From Craspedostauros australis (taxonomy: Eukaryota): 47,543 bases of DNA. A model generated the notes under the pieces. That model saw only the letters and a program-made list of their open reading frames with translations. It did no database searches and was not told the DNA's origin. This document shows, in pieces, positions 27,627-40,183 of this stretch. How positions within the stretch are numbered: the stretch's first letter is position 1; every line of letters starts with the position of its first letter. The translations under genes were made by a program, and so were the position numbers. The stretch spans positions 1 to 47,543 of the forward strand of contig JALAGF010004293.1 of the NCBI GenBank assembly GCA_030167865.1, read 5' to 3'.

Positions 27627-30061
27627 ATGATGGACTCTCGAATCGCACAAGGCGAGCATGATAGCGATGATGACGACGGCAGCGACAGTGGCAATGGTGG
27701 CAATATGGAGCACCAGGAAACCTCACCCATGGTGGACAAGAAGCCAAGCGCGAAGGCTGGGGCCAAGTCCAGGACGAAAGCCAAAACGAAGACGAAACCA
27801 AAGGCAAAGACCAAGATCAGCACCAAATCCAAGACCAAGGCGAGGATGATATCCAAGGAAACGCAATGTCGCCGTCAACAGCTGGAGGATGACAGTGGCG
27901 AGGTAAAATCCACCAGCGCGACTAATGTGGGTGGCAGCGTCATTTCTAAGCGACCTCGGGGCACTGCGAAAGGACTCGACGAATCTCAGCAGCCCAGCCA
28001 AAAGCGAAAGAAAAACGAGGAAGACCAAGAGGCGGAGGCGGAGATGCAGGAGGAAACACAAACTAGCCTTCACATTGCCCAGCCCGGTGTTTTCGACGTC
28101 CTCCTGGGGCGTGGTAAGGTAAGCATCAGAGTGGAGGCTTGAATCCGTGGAGGTGCACTCGCCGATCTACGGGACGCTACCACGGACGGTTGTCTGATGG
28201 CTGCGGCAAGCAAGCAAATAAGCAAGGGTGGAGCTTTCTCAGGATGAACAGAACGGAACTGAACGAAAATGAATGGGGTTTGATGGGAATGGACCGCGCA
28301 AATTACCATCGACAGTTGCCATCGACAGTTGCCATCGACAGTTGCCATCGCCACTTCCTTGCTACTCATCCATATCATGCACTAACAAGAATGCAAATGC
28401 ACATGCAACAATCTGCTGATGCTCGTATTTCCTCTCCTCCAAACAACGCCCTCGCTCTCCTTCAGCCGTACCAGAGCCATCCAGGCAACATCAACATGCA
28501 CAACTTGGTGAATCAATACCGACACCAGTACAAGGAGGCCCCGCGCAATGACAAACCGGTGATTGCATCAGCTGTCGTCAATCTCATTCGCACCAAGTAC
28601 AATGCCCGGTTCTTGAAGAGAGTTGCGGAGGGGATGGATTTGTGGGAGGAAGTGGACAGTGACACAGCGCGCGAAAAGGTCGCTCATGCTTTTCGCAACA
28701 AAGCGCAGAGACTATCTGCGATGGAGTCCTCGCTTGTGTCGACTCCTGCCAACGCCATCCTGCCTCCACAGCTCGACCTCCCCGCATCGCTCCTGCCAAC
28801 TCGACCCGGAAGCCCGAACCCAAAGCACTCGAATGCATACAGCACAATGAAGACAGCTGGTGCCCGCGCTGATCACCGCATGTATGATGACAGAAAGCAA
28901 TCGCCGCAACACACTGCTCTTGGCACCAGCAATGCACGGAGAGGTACACGGAGCGATCACAGCACCAACCTTGCTGATGCGAATGCTTACGAAGCGAGCA
29001 CTAGTGCAGACCTAGGAGTGGTTGGGTCGATGGCTAGGTCGATGTTGCGATCATTGTCGACGGATGGTGCGCAGACAGCGCAGGGACATGCCACAACCAG
29101 TCCGATGATCCGAGCGCTCCTGGGCGTTGGAAACGCAACAGATCCGGCGCATTTGCCCACGTCGTCGGGGTTGCCTTCTCAGCTGAACCCATTTTTGCCG
29201 ACCAGTAATGCATTCCCGCCCAATTTGGCTCATGGGTTGTCTGACGAAGAAAGGCTCTTGCTCATGACTGCCAGCGGACGGTACTCGGAAAGCAATAGCT
29301 CGGCGGTAGCTGCTGCATTGCAACGATCCGAGATGGAGCGAAAACAGCAACGTCAGCAGCAACAGCAACACGCACAAACACATCCAAGGGCCACGCACCC
29401 CATTCAATTGGCGAGCATTTCATCGCAAGACAGTGTGTCGGCGACTCAGTCCGCGGCGCAACCTCCATCATACTCCAACACGACGATTTCATCCGACCGA
29501 TCCACAGGCGCTTCGATTGATGCAGCCACAATGGCAACGTTGCTGTCGTCGTCTGACCCATCGATTGTGATGCAGGCCTTCCAGATCCAGCAACAACAGC
29601 GACGGCGCCAGCAGCAACAGCAGCAACATCAAATACTCCTTGACAGGGAACGAATTATTCATCGTCGTCATCAGCAGCAACAGCAGCAACAACAACAACA
29701 GCAACAACAACACGCAAATCTCATGCAAGCATCTCTACTACAGGCAGTTCAGGAGCATCAGTTACTCGAACAGCAAAGGCAGCAGCAGCAGCAGCAGCAA
29801 CGGCAACGGCAACGTGAGGAAGATCAGCTTCAGCAACAGTTGCAGCACCATATTCAACAGCAACAGCAACAACAACAACGGCGGCGCCTCCAGCAACACC
29901 TGGGAATTTTGCAAGGAAGAGAGAGTGCCATCCAAGCTTTGAGACTGCAGCTCGGATTGCCTTTGCACGCGTCCGCAGCCTCAGGTATTCCATCTCCAAA
30001 TACAGAGCCCAGGCAACAGACAAGGGACGGTCCCAATGGGCGAGTTGATGGCGAACAGTGA
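27627..30061 (+). CDS. DUF6824-domain Q-rich protein, DUF6824-B; exons 27627-28118, 28466-30061 (~695 aa)
   Basis: A phase-0 intron AAG|GTAAGC...ctctccttcAG|CCG restores DVLLGRGK-PYQSHPGNINMHNLVNQYRHQY...IASAVV...NARFLKR...WEEVDSDTAREKVAHAFRN. Long poly-Q C-terminal region. Confidence 0.9.
28306..28350 (+). repeat. Intronic 13-bp tandem repeat (CCATCGACAGTTG)x3.5
   Basis: ccatcgacagttg ccatcgacagttg ccatcgacagttg ccatcg read directly, inside the DUF6824-B intron. Confidence 0.9.
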
Positions 30062-31802
30062 CACAATACAGGAGTGCTCGTCTTGCATTCCATTCCGTGT
30101 GCACGGCAACTCTTATGATCTCATTGCTGAGAATACTGGAGTATTGAAGTATGGCATTATAAACTGTGTCAAAGTAAAGTAAAATGAATGACTGCAAGTG
30201 TTACACCAGCTTCAAATCATGGGCGCCGTCGTTGTTGCCATCATCATCATAGTCAAAGTGACAATCATCATGAACGACAACATCGGCAACACAGGTCCTG
30301 CTGTTCAACTCAAATCCTACACTCAAATCAGGCGTCGACGCAGAACAGTCAACTGTGCCAAGAGTGGAGCACAAGAGCATTGGTTGCTCTCGTCTTGTTG
30401 AGCCTTGTAGGGCTGTACTGTCTTGCCCGGTTCTGTCCTGTCTTGCTGGAATAGGAACAAGCCCCATCGCATTGCATGACGCGATCGATTTTGCATGGAT
30501 AGCATCATGCATGTGTAGCTCCTACTCTCAGAGCAAAGGAGGAAGAACGGGCGAAATAGGGGATGCGCGCATCCTCATTCCGCGCTCCAGCGCATGCATT
30601 CCGCTGCAACTATCATTATCTACGACCTATAGTATGGTACGAGTATCTAGGAATTCCTCGCACTGTTGCCGTGCGGGTACATGTGTATCTATGCTTTGGG
30701 CTATTTGCGGAGCACGATTGATGTTAATAGGTACTTGTATCATGCTGAAGGTCGTATGTGCCTGAGATTTCGTCGACCCTACCGATCACCTTGCATGTCT
30801 GGGTATCGGTATGCGAGAAGCGTGCAGGGCAACACATCATGCAAGTGCATCTGCATGCGAACTGATCGATTGCTTGGAGCGCTGTGGCCTCAATCCCGGT
30901 CGTTCGTCCGCTTGGGAGGTGTACTCTTGTTTGCGCGAATTGACGAGATGCAGGGGACGCAGCATGTTTGCAGATAAACGGAGATGCAAGCGACGCGAAC
31001 AATACAAGAGCAAGAATACTCCGACCGAAGTCGTCTTGAATTGTCAAGAATGGTTCAGCCCGCATGCCAACGCCTTTGCAGGAGACCAATTGTGTCACAC
31101 AGCCACAAACAATGTGTCAACCTTTGGGCGTACTGGAACTCGTGGTACCAGTGTGGTTCACAAAAGGCATTATGGTGGCGTCGCCTGCCTTCGGGCTGCT
31201 GCACGCACGAGCGTAGAGCTCACGAAAGCTTCACATCAGGCGTTGGTTGGGGCGCTGATCACAACATGGAGGTTGAAATACTGTCGAGCGGAGCAGAGGA
31301 TGAGTACTGTTGCGGATACGAGTATGAGTACTCTCTACCCCCGAGAGGAACATTGAACTCCTTTGTCAGGGAGGAGCCTTCGATCGTGCTTCTCTTTCGC
31401 GTGCCAAGAGATGTGCGCATCCTCTGCTCTTGTGTCTGGTGAGCTCGCGCCACCCATGGAAACATTCTTCATTGTTCGCAGAGCAGTGCGAAATCGAGGT
31501 TGGATCGAGCGCTGTTGGGGAGCAGTCTCGGCTGTGTGAGAGAAGCCACGATCATGATGACATTTGTTGTTTGTGAAGGGATGGTTCGCAGTTACGTGAG
31601 ACCAACAGCGCGAATGTCCGGAAGCAATCCTCGATTTCGTGTCAGGGGATGTCGATAGATGTTGCTGGGACTATGATGGCCGAGAGGGTCGCTCTTAGCG
31701 CCTTCACACTCTGGTGCTGCACGGATGCGAAGCTAAGGTGAAGGTGGTCATGGCAGCGGTTTTGGTTGCGGATGCTGCTGTTGGTTCTGCAGCTGTCGCG
31801 AC

Positions 31803-31860
31803 TGTTGGTGGTGTTGGTGTTGGTGTTGGTGTTGGTGTTGGTGGTGATGGTGATGGTGGG
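31803..31860. repeat. (GGTGTT)n/(GGTGAT)n hexamer microsatellite
   Basis: tgttggtggtgttggtgttggtgttggtgttggtgttggtggtgatggtgatggt read directly. Confidence 0.8.
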
Positions 31861-33911
31861 TGTTGTCGACGATATCGACGTTCATGGCATTGGCATTGGC
31901 ATCATCTCCGAACATGAGTATCTTGGCACCGCATCATGTCGAAGATGTCTTGCTCAGTTTTGGTTGGTGCGTTGACGCAACCAAAAATCCCCACAGTTTT
32001 TAAACAACAAGCGGCGCCAGAATTCCGAGTAATTTTCACGCGCAACCAAACAGAGAATTTCACTCACCAATCAGAACAGTACAGGTTCTCCCACACAACC
32101 AAAACGGCCGCTGATGAAACGCTGTTTTTGTCCCAGGCGCACGCACCACCATGAGAAGGTTGCAATGTTTGTCATGAGTTGTTCGATCCCGGTACCTCGC
32201 TCCACAACACCGAAACGTTCCGTCGTTTCATTTCATTCCGCCTCGTTCCACACCTCTGTGACAAGAGAAGTGATCGTCGTTGCATTTTCATGTTTACCAG
32301 ACACGGGCTCGAGGTAACGCCCAGGAGTAGCTCTGTGAATTTGGCATGCGCCCTCAGCAAGACAGGCTGCGCGAATCGGGACGACATTTTGAACACAAAT
32401 AATCCAATTCCGACACTTTGTCCCCAACCTGGGACGTTCATATGCGGCTGCAAACAAACAGGTCCAGATCTATTCGTTGTTGTTGCCAGCGGCAGCGTCG
32501 CCGCGGTGATGACGACGACAACGATGACGGCCGATAGTTTTGGGTACCTACAACGCAACACTAACGCACGTCATTGCATTGCCAGAGTGCAGTGAAGTTG
32601 AGTTCTCCAGTGCAGGCGATGACGTGCGTGAGTAATTATGGATGGTGCTCCATTGTCACAGGTAACTTGCACGCATGTGTTGGGTATAGTATGATCGTAT
32701 TTATGGCGTTGCTGGAAAAGATCAAACTGTTGGAATGCCGGTGCTGATACATATTATACATGCCAGACACACACACACACTCTCTCTCCTCTCTTTCTTT
32801 CTTTCTTTGCTGGAGCGGTTCCTGCCATACTCCACGAGCAGGTGCCTCCGTTTGTGGTAATGATCGTAATACCTGCCATGCTGTTGCACACATGCGAGTA
32901 TGAAGGGAATAGACTCTACGAATACGGAGGACATTGCGGAGCTCAGACTCTTTTCGTCCGCTGCTGCCTATCCTCTCTCCGTCTCCTCCCTATGTGCCGA
33001 TTGATGTTGAAGCGATGCGTGCAATTGGTGCCTCTCGCCAGGCTCGTCCACCCTTGTCGATGATGCGCCTTCGCTCTCTCGCTCCCGTTGATCGCGAAAC
33101 ATGTCTCCCACACACGAACTTCTCGTGAGGCAGTTGTCGATTGTGTGAGCATTGGCGTGGCGTGGCGTGGCGAGACTTCGGAGGGCGAACTGTTGCCTTC
33201 GCGAGGTTGCGCGGTTTCGTTCTGGAAGCGGATGAGGTCCCGCAGCGCATTTCAAGGAGTGATGTTCGCATGACTTCACAAAATGGTGATTCGGTAATTG
33301 CACCTTTTCCGACAAAACAACAGCAGATTCGCGCACATCCGGGTTTCGTTTTGACAATTGGCCGACTGATAGACAGACAGACAGTAACTCTGTCGTTTTA
33401 TAAAAGAAGGACCAGTGAAGTCGTTGCCGCATGCACAGATTCCAAATTCCAGATTCTAGGCCCAACCAGAATTGGAGGGTGCGCACAATGGAGCTGATGC
33501 GAATGGGGGAGTCACCAAGACTCTCTTTTTGGTCACTCATTTCATTGGGCCAATTTACATAACGTGGCAAACTGTTTCTCCTCTTTGTTCTCAGCCATGC
33601 TGGCCGCGTTTGTTCGTGTAACGTGCGTTCTGTGCGGAGTGGCATTCTGTCGGACAACTATCTCTCCGAAGGAGCTTCCACGAGAGAGTATTGGACTGTG
33701 CTGTGTGCAGATACCAACAGATGTCGCATTCGGACGAGGAAGAGTGCGCAAGCAAAGAACGCGGGCCTGCCTCACCTCCAACTCGAGTTCGGATGTTGGT
33801 TGCGGTGTTGGTGTTGGAGGACATGGATGATGGCGGGAATGACAAAAACTGGCACACCAAGGATACCAAGGCCTCTGTGAACGTGAAGGATCGCCCTGAT
33901 CCAAGAGATGG

Positions 33912-33942
33912 CGTGTGTGTGTGTGTGTGCGTGAGAGAGAGA
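33912..33942. repeat. Compound (GT)n(GA)n microsatellite; similar (CT)n at ~24914-24940, (GA)n at ~25834-25853, (CA)n(CT)n at ~32767-32793
   Basis: Dinucleotide runs read directly. Confidence 0.8.
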
Positions 33943-36908
33943 TTGTGGCACCGGTGCAGCTGAGCTGTTCATTCCTTCTGATTGTGTTCTGGCGCTGTCG
34001 TTGCTGACCAACCGTGGCGGAAACCCAACACCGGTGACTTTGTTGGTGTGTTGTCTCCTCTGACCTGTTTGACACCTACGGCGCTGACAGCCATTGGTGT
34101 CGTTGTTCAGGGTTCGAACATGAGTACGAGGCATTATTTGTGCGTACGTCTTTGGTACGATCTACTATTTTAGTGGAGCATGACAGAGGATGGTGCTTGT
34201 GGACGAGACAGCAACTCGAAACAGCACGCGCATGAGGAGGAGCAGGAGGAGGAGACGGGCTAGGAGTGAGTACAGAACAGCCCAACTTGCTCTGGTGGTC
34301 GTATTGTACTCGTGCAGACTGCTCATGGTTGACCTCGCGGTTGCACCATCCTTGCGCGAGGGGGAGAAGGATTGGATGTCAGAGACAAAAAGGGGAACGT
34401 GATTCCGGTTTCTGGTTTCTCCACTCAAAAAGACAGAGGCTTTGGAGTCGTTTGCGTTTGCGTGTCAAAGCACATCGCTCACCACCTCACTGGGCCAGCA
34501 CTCGTATCGGTGTGCGTGAGGTAGATCGTGGATGGTCCCTCCTTGGATTCTTCTGGTGTCAGAACACTCGTGTCCGTCGACGAAGACAGGACAGAAAACC
34601 CTCCTCGTTTTTGTCATTGTGGGATCAGACCGTTGCACTTGCGGCCTGGCCAGACCGGCAGATGAAGACGAGCGACGCGAAAAGAGGAATGCCGACATGG
34701 AGCAAGCGTGTGTTTCTCTGTGTTTGGGTGAGCGTGTGAGCGTGCCGGCCTCATGGCCAAGTGGAAATCACGCATCTCCGCGTCCCTGCCATCAGCTGTG
34801 CCAGACGGAGGTCATACCACACGAGGCTGTGACTACTGTGTGCAAGCGGCTCTCCTCCTCGGCCCATGACATCGGCTGCACAGCGGAAGTCTAACAATCT
34901 TTCGTTTCGCGTTCCTGTTCGTGTTCGTGTTCGTGTTCTTGGCAGTTCTGGGCATTGCCAGGGAATGACATAAACTGGTGTAGGTGGTAACCAAGCGATT
35001 GGATGTTGAGTATAGTACGAGCTTGTACCATGCTTGCGCAAATGGCATGCGAGCATTGGCAGGTGGTACATAGCTCGTACTCGAGCAAGGTTACGTACCA
35101 GTATTAGTAGAACAATCATGTGCCTTCACGAACGCAGAAGAGGAGAATGACTCCATCGGAGCCACGCATCCGTTCAGCAAAGGCACCAAAGGGCGCAGGA
35201 AGGTGCGAGCAGGCAACCAAGTTGGCCCAAGGCCGCACAAATCCGAACTGGCCCTCCGGTAGATGCTGCTGGTACGGCCTATCCGCACAGAGCGCAATTC
35301 GTCCACAGCGATCGCCTGCGTTGCTCAGAACAAGAGCCTGTACAAAGCAGAACACTTGGTGGCATCCACGGCAGACAAAGATCGCAGCCGCAAGAAGTGC
35401 AAAGAACAATCTCGTTGCTACCTCCTGCATGCTCTGCACGCACGAGTAGTGTACGAATACAAGGTATCGAAGGACGTATGAGTGGGCACACAACGACGAC
35501 GACGACGACGATCACACTGCTCGCGCGCAACTCATTCAGAAGGGGTCCGTCGTCAAGGGAGACATCCGTATCTTGATCATTCGATCCTCGTTCGTGACGA
35601 ATCTTCATCAGGATCAACAGAGACAATAGAGAGAGGCGGACGCTTCGGCACCACTCAAGTGCTGATTCGACCCTCCCGCGAGCGAGAGAGAGAGAACTCG
35701 CGCGCTTTTACACCTCCAGGTAGCCATACTCATAAATCGTAACACAAATTACATTCGAATACGATTACTCCTCCCCTCCGACCACGACAAGCTCACACAA
35801 GAAGAGGGGACGGAGCAGAACAGAACAGAAGTGCTGTGCAGAAGGCACAAAGCACGATCCACACGAGAAGAACAGGAGGACGAAGGAGCCACCGCCCCCA
35901 ACATACTCGCACTCTTCCCCACAGTCCACGTAGAACGGAGTAGAATAGAGTACTCGACACAGACGAACCACACACAAAACACATGCAAACCACACACAGA
36001 AAGACAAAAGCCAAGGGCAGACGCAAAGGTGGATCATTCCTCCGACCATTTGAGTGACTGACAGACACAAAGGCAGAAGTGCGGAGAAAAGATCAGAAGG
36101 GTAAGAAAGTCATTCTGTGATCGCTCGAAAACGGACTTTTGAGCCAAAGATGACCCTCGGTGCGCTGTCCCGCGTTGTCTTCGTACTTTTTGGATTGTTC
36201 GGTGCGCGTGAAAGGCCCACCCGAAAAGGCTGAAAACAGCGACACTGCGCATCAACTGCCAGCAGCACCAAAAACACGAATTGGCAACAGTCGTAGTACG
36301 CGGTAGTGGAAGTATGTGCAGTATGTACGCGAGTGACAACTGCGCTGTGTGTCTTTTGGGATGACACTGCGCGCGTATTTCGTCTTCGCCGTGGGTCGCT
36401 GTGTTTTGTGCGTTGAGTTGGGTTGAGCTGTGTCGTGTTGTGTCGCGTTGTGTTGCCGGGGCCTTTCGCTTCACCGTTGTGCACAAAGCAAGGCAAAATC
36501 ACGCCAAAGTCCAAGGAGCACAAGGAGCCTGTCAAAAAAAAACAGCAGAGTACAAAAAGCACAAAACACGGCGGCATTGCGGTCACAAACACAAGGCAGC
36601 GCAAGAGCAGAGGCGCAAACACAAATCGGATGACGAGAGCTTCTTGCATCACTCCCCTCCACGCTCCCATTCCAGTCAAACCCTGATCCCACCTTTCACA
36701 ACCTTGCGACCCACCTCGATCCAATCCAATCCAATCACATTCCCACCTTCATACTCTCCACTACATCCAACATCTTCAGCATCGTCTTCAGCAAGACAGC
36801 AAAGCACATACTAGCACAAACGAGCACCAGCAAGAGCAAGAGCACAAGCACAAGCACGATTGCGAGTGTAATAGCAAGCAACAACACAAGTGGCACTGCG
36901 AAAGCACA

Positions 36909-39721
36909 ATGCATCACAAGCTCCTGCGTCAAAGACTGCCAGCAGTCCGAGGATCCGCCGTGAGAGACTACTTCCGAGTGGTGAGCCGTTCGAGCAGCGT
37001 CGACACCACAGAGAGCCAGATGACGAACGTCGCTCTCGATGACTACATCGTGGTCCACGCCAGATCCGGCGAACGGCTCCGGCAGCCGGACAGTCCGCTG
37101 GGTCGCGACGAAGATGACGCCGAGAAGAAGGGCATTCGCCATCTGCAGAAGGCGGCGGCCGGCATCGGTGCTGGCGAGCCTGGCCATGGTGTTGGTGTCG
37201 ACAGCAAACCGGCCGCCAAGGCAGCGCCATCTGGCAAGAGCAGCAGCAAGAGTGGCAACAAGAGCGGCAGCACCGCCAAGGGCAAACAACAGAATACTTC
37301 TCCTTCTACCTCAGCCCCCACAGCTGCCTCCACATCTGCCTCGCGCCCAAAAAAGACATCTGCGCGCAAAGGCGAACTCAAGAAGACCAAGAGCAACAAA
37401 CCAACACCGAAGAAGAAGCGCCAGCAGCATCTCCTCAAGAAGAGGGCGGCATCGGAGGCCATCCGATCCACCGCTGGCGCCACCCAGGACGACGAGAACA
37501 CGGCCACCAACGAATCCGAGAAGGGCTCCGTGACCTCGCAGTCCGTCGCCGCGCAGCACCAGGAGGTGGCGACCGCCGGTTCCTCCGCTGCATCCGAGTC
37601 CATCTCATCGGAGCTCGCCGCGGTCAACGCCGGTCTCAGCAATCCCCTCACCGCCCATGCCCACAATGCAGCATTTGCGGCTGCGCCTGGCGATTCAAGA
37701 CTCGCTGGTTTGCAGATGTTGGCGGGATTGGGACAGACCGACCATGCCCTGGCCGAGGCCATGATCCTGCGAAGGGCGTTGCTGGCCCAGCAGTTGGCGC
37801 ACCCCGCGACTCCCTCCGCTGCGGTTGCAGCCTACGGCCTCACGGGTGGCGCAGCAGCCGCCGCCGCTGCTCGGGAGACCGTGGCGTTGGAGCAGTACCA
37901 CGCGGCCATCGCGGCTGCCGCCTCTCCCCACGCATCGCTCGCATTCGGTGGCGCTGCAGGTTCTCACGGTGCCAGCCACCTGGCTGCGTTGGCAACGGGT
38001 GGACCGATGTCAGCCACGACCGAACAGCTGCTGCAGCTTCACAAGCGCCGGCTCATGGAGGAGTACATGGCGGAGATGACCTTGCGTCAAGAGCTGCAGC
38101 AACAGCAGCACCATCAGGCTTTGTTGGAGCATCGCCTCGGTGCATTGGGCGCGGCATCCTTCTCTGGAGGATCTCCTCTGGTTGCTGGTCTCGCCGCATC
38201 GCAGCAGAGAGAGAATCCATCCGCGGCATCTTCACCCAGCCTCGTGCCATCCTCGCATGCGCTGGGCGGTCTGGCCTCCAGCGACCGATCCGTCGGAGGC
38301 ACGTCCGTGTCGGACTCCATGCTGGCCGCGGCCCTGCAACAGCGCATGGGCACGCACAGGCGACTCTCCACGGTCCAGGACGCGGCGGCAGCCAATGAGC
38401 GAATCGTTGCTGCCGCCACCGCCGCTGCAGCAGCCGCCGTCCCGTCCAGTGCGAAGCGCAAGTCGCCGACCTCCACCGCGGACATGGCCAAACGCATGCG
38501 AACGACGGTCAAGGTCGAACAACGTGTGGCACCCTCACCACCGAATGCGTCCGTGCGTCGCAATTCCGCGCAAGGTCAAACCAGCCTTGCGGGACAGCGC
38601 AACTCCTCGCCGAGTTCGGAGGATGATGCCGCCGACGATTCGGCAAGATCCAAGCGCTTCCGTCCCTACCAATCGGAGCAATGGACCGAGAAGTTCGCCG
38701 AGCTCATGGAGTTCAACAAGGAGCATGGCCATTGGTAAGTGTCGGCCGCTGTGGTCATGATGATGGTGTTGTTGTTGCTACATGAACGTATGTGTGCGTC
38801 TCCATGCTTCTGATCCGTCGTGTACGTGTATACTCTACATCGACGTCATTCTCACCATTTCAATTTGCTCTATCCCTTGGCGCATTGTTTATGTCACTCC
38901 GCATGATTCTCTGCTCACATGCTGGAATCTCAGCCAAGTGCCACACAGCTACAAGAAGAACCCGCCTCTCGCTCGCTGGGTGAAGCGACAGCGATACCAG
39001 TACAGGTTGAAGCGGGAGGGACGTCTCTCCACCATGACCGACGAGCGCGTGAAGATGCTCGAGAATCTAGGTACGTACGAATATGATATGAAGGTCGCGA
39101 GCGATTTGCTGTTGCTTCTCGCATCGCATCGGATCTAGCTGCGGTTTCACAGTCAAAGCGACAACCTGCGAAGCTTCCAACTTCTCACACTTTCGACCAT
39201 TGCCTCCTCTTATCGCCTACTTGCACTCGCCATTTCGTCACATGCAGGTTTCATTTGGGACAGCCATGCCGCAGCGTGGGCTGAGAAGCTAAACGAGCTC
39301 AAGGAATACATGGAGCGTTATGGGCACTGGTAAGTTCTTCAACATTCCTGCTCGTCACTTCGTTCGTTCGAGCACTGCCCAACTGTCTAAACGAAATGGT
39401 GCGCAAACGATCGATCTCTCACCTTGTGCCATGACATCTCTCGTTCCTACAATTCACACGTCCACAACAACACCTTGATGTGACCAAACGCTCGCGCGCT
39501 CCGCTCTATCTCTCAACTACAGCAACGTCCCCGTTGGATGCAGCGAGAATCCACAGCTTGCAACATGGGTCAAATGCCAACGCCGTCAGTACAAGCTCTT
39601 TTGGGATGGCAAAACATCCAACATGACACCTCACCGCATCGAGCAGCTCAACGCCATCGGCTTTTGCTGGAGCGTCCGAAACGTGTCGTCATCTGGTTCG
39701 CGCAAATCGTCCATCTCATGA
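36909..39721 (+). CDS. Protein with two C-terminal helicase-associated (HA) domains and long A/S-rich disordered N-terminus; exons 36909-38734, 38934-39070, 39248-39329, 39523-39721 (~747 aa)
   Basis: Three canonical GT-AG introns with consistent phases (2,1,2) give RFRPYQSEQWTEKFAELMEFNKEHGHCQVPHSYKKNPPLARWVKRQRYQY...ERVKMLENLGFIWDSHAAAWAEKLNELKEYMERYGHCNVPVGCSENPQLATWVKCQRRQY...RIEQLNAIGFCW, i.e. two HA repeats and no helicase core. Start codon uncertain (36909 or 37020). Confidence 0.92.
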
Positions 39722-40183
39722 ATGCGCATGCTGTCTATTGCGGAGAGGAATTATCGAGGATGCCGTCCAATTTACGGCGACCAAGCACACATACCCCTGT
39801 TGCGCCACGGTATGCGCTATGACATTGCATGTCATACAAAGCCATACTGAGAAGCAATAACCAACATCTGGCGGATGGTGACACCATCCCCAAAGACACA
39901 GCAGACACTCTTTGTGACCAAGGAAGGGGGCAAAAGCGAAACGCTGCCCTGGGTTGTGCAAACACCCTCTTCCACCTGTGGCTGTTCGGAAATGTCGAAT
40001 AACTGAAAATGTACAACAGCAATATAACTCTAAGAAGGAACATGTGTTTAATCTGTGAAGACATGCCGAGTGGTACATCAGTTGAGCTTGTCGCCTTGGC
40101 CTGCTTGCTCGCTGCACGTTGTCTTTCCATGTGTTCGGCGTTCGCTCCTACTATCCCGATCTCAACTTGCGCTGCCCTACTTG

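Noticed and set aside
28306..28350. Repeat array as possible CRISPR
   Set aside because: 13-bp head-to-tail units without spacers, in an intron of a eukaryotic gene.
28139..28465. N-terminal extension of ORF 28139..30061
   Set aside because: It is intron sequence that happens to be open; splicing restores the DUF6824 motif.
31803..31860. GT-rich hexamer run as interstitial telomere
   Set aside because: The unit is GGTGTT/GGTGAT, not TTAGGG-like; ordinary microsatellite.
19300..36800. Transposable elements in the long gaps
   Set aside because: By eye I found no RT, integrase or transposase motifs, LTR pairs or long TIRs; degenerate or non-autonomous elements cannot be excluded without a repeat library.
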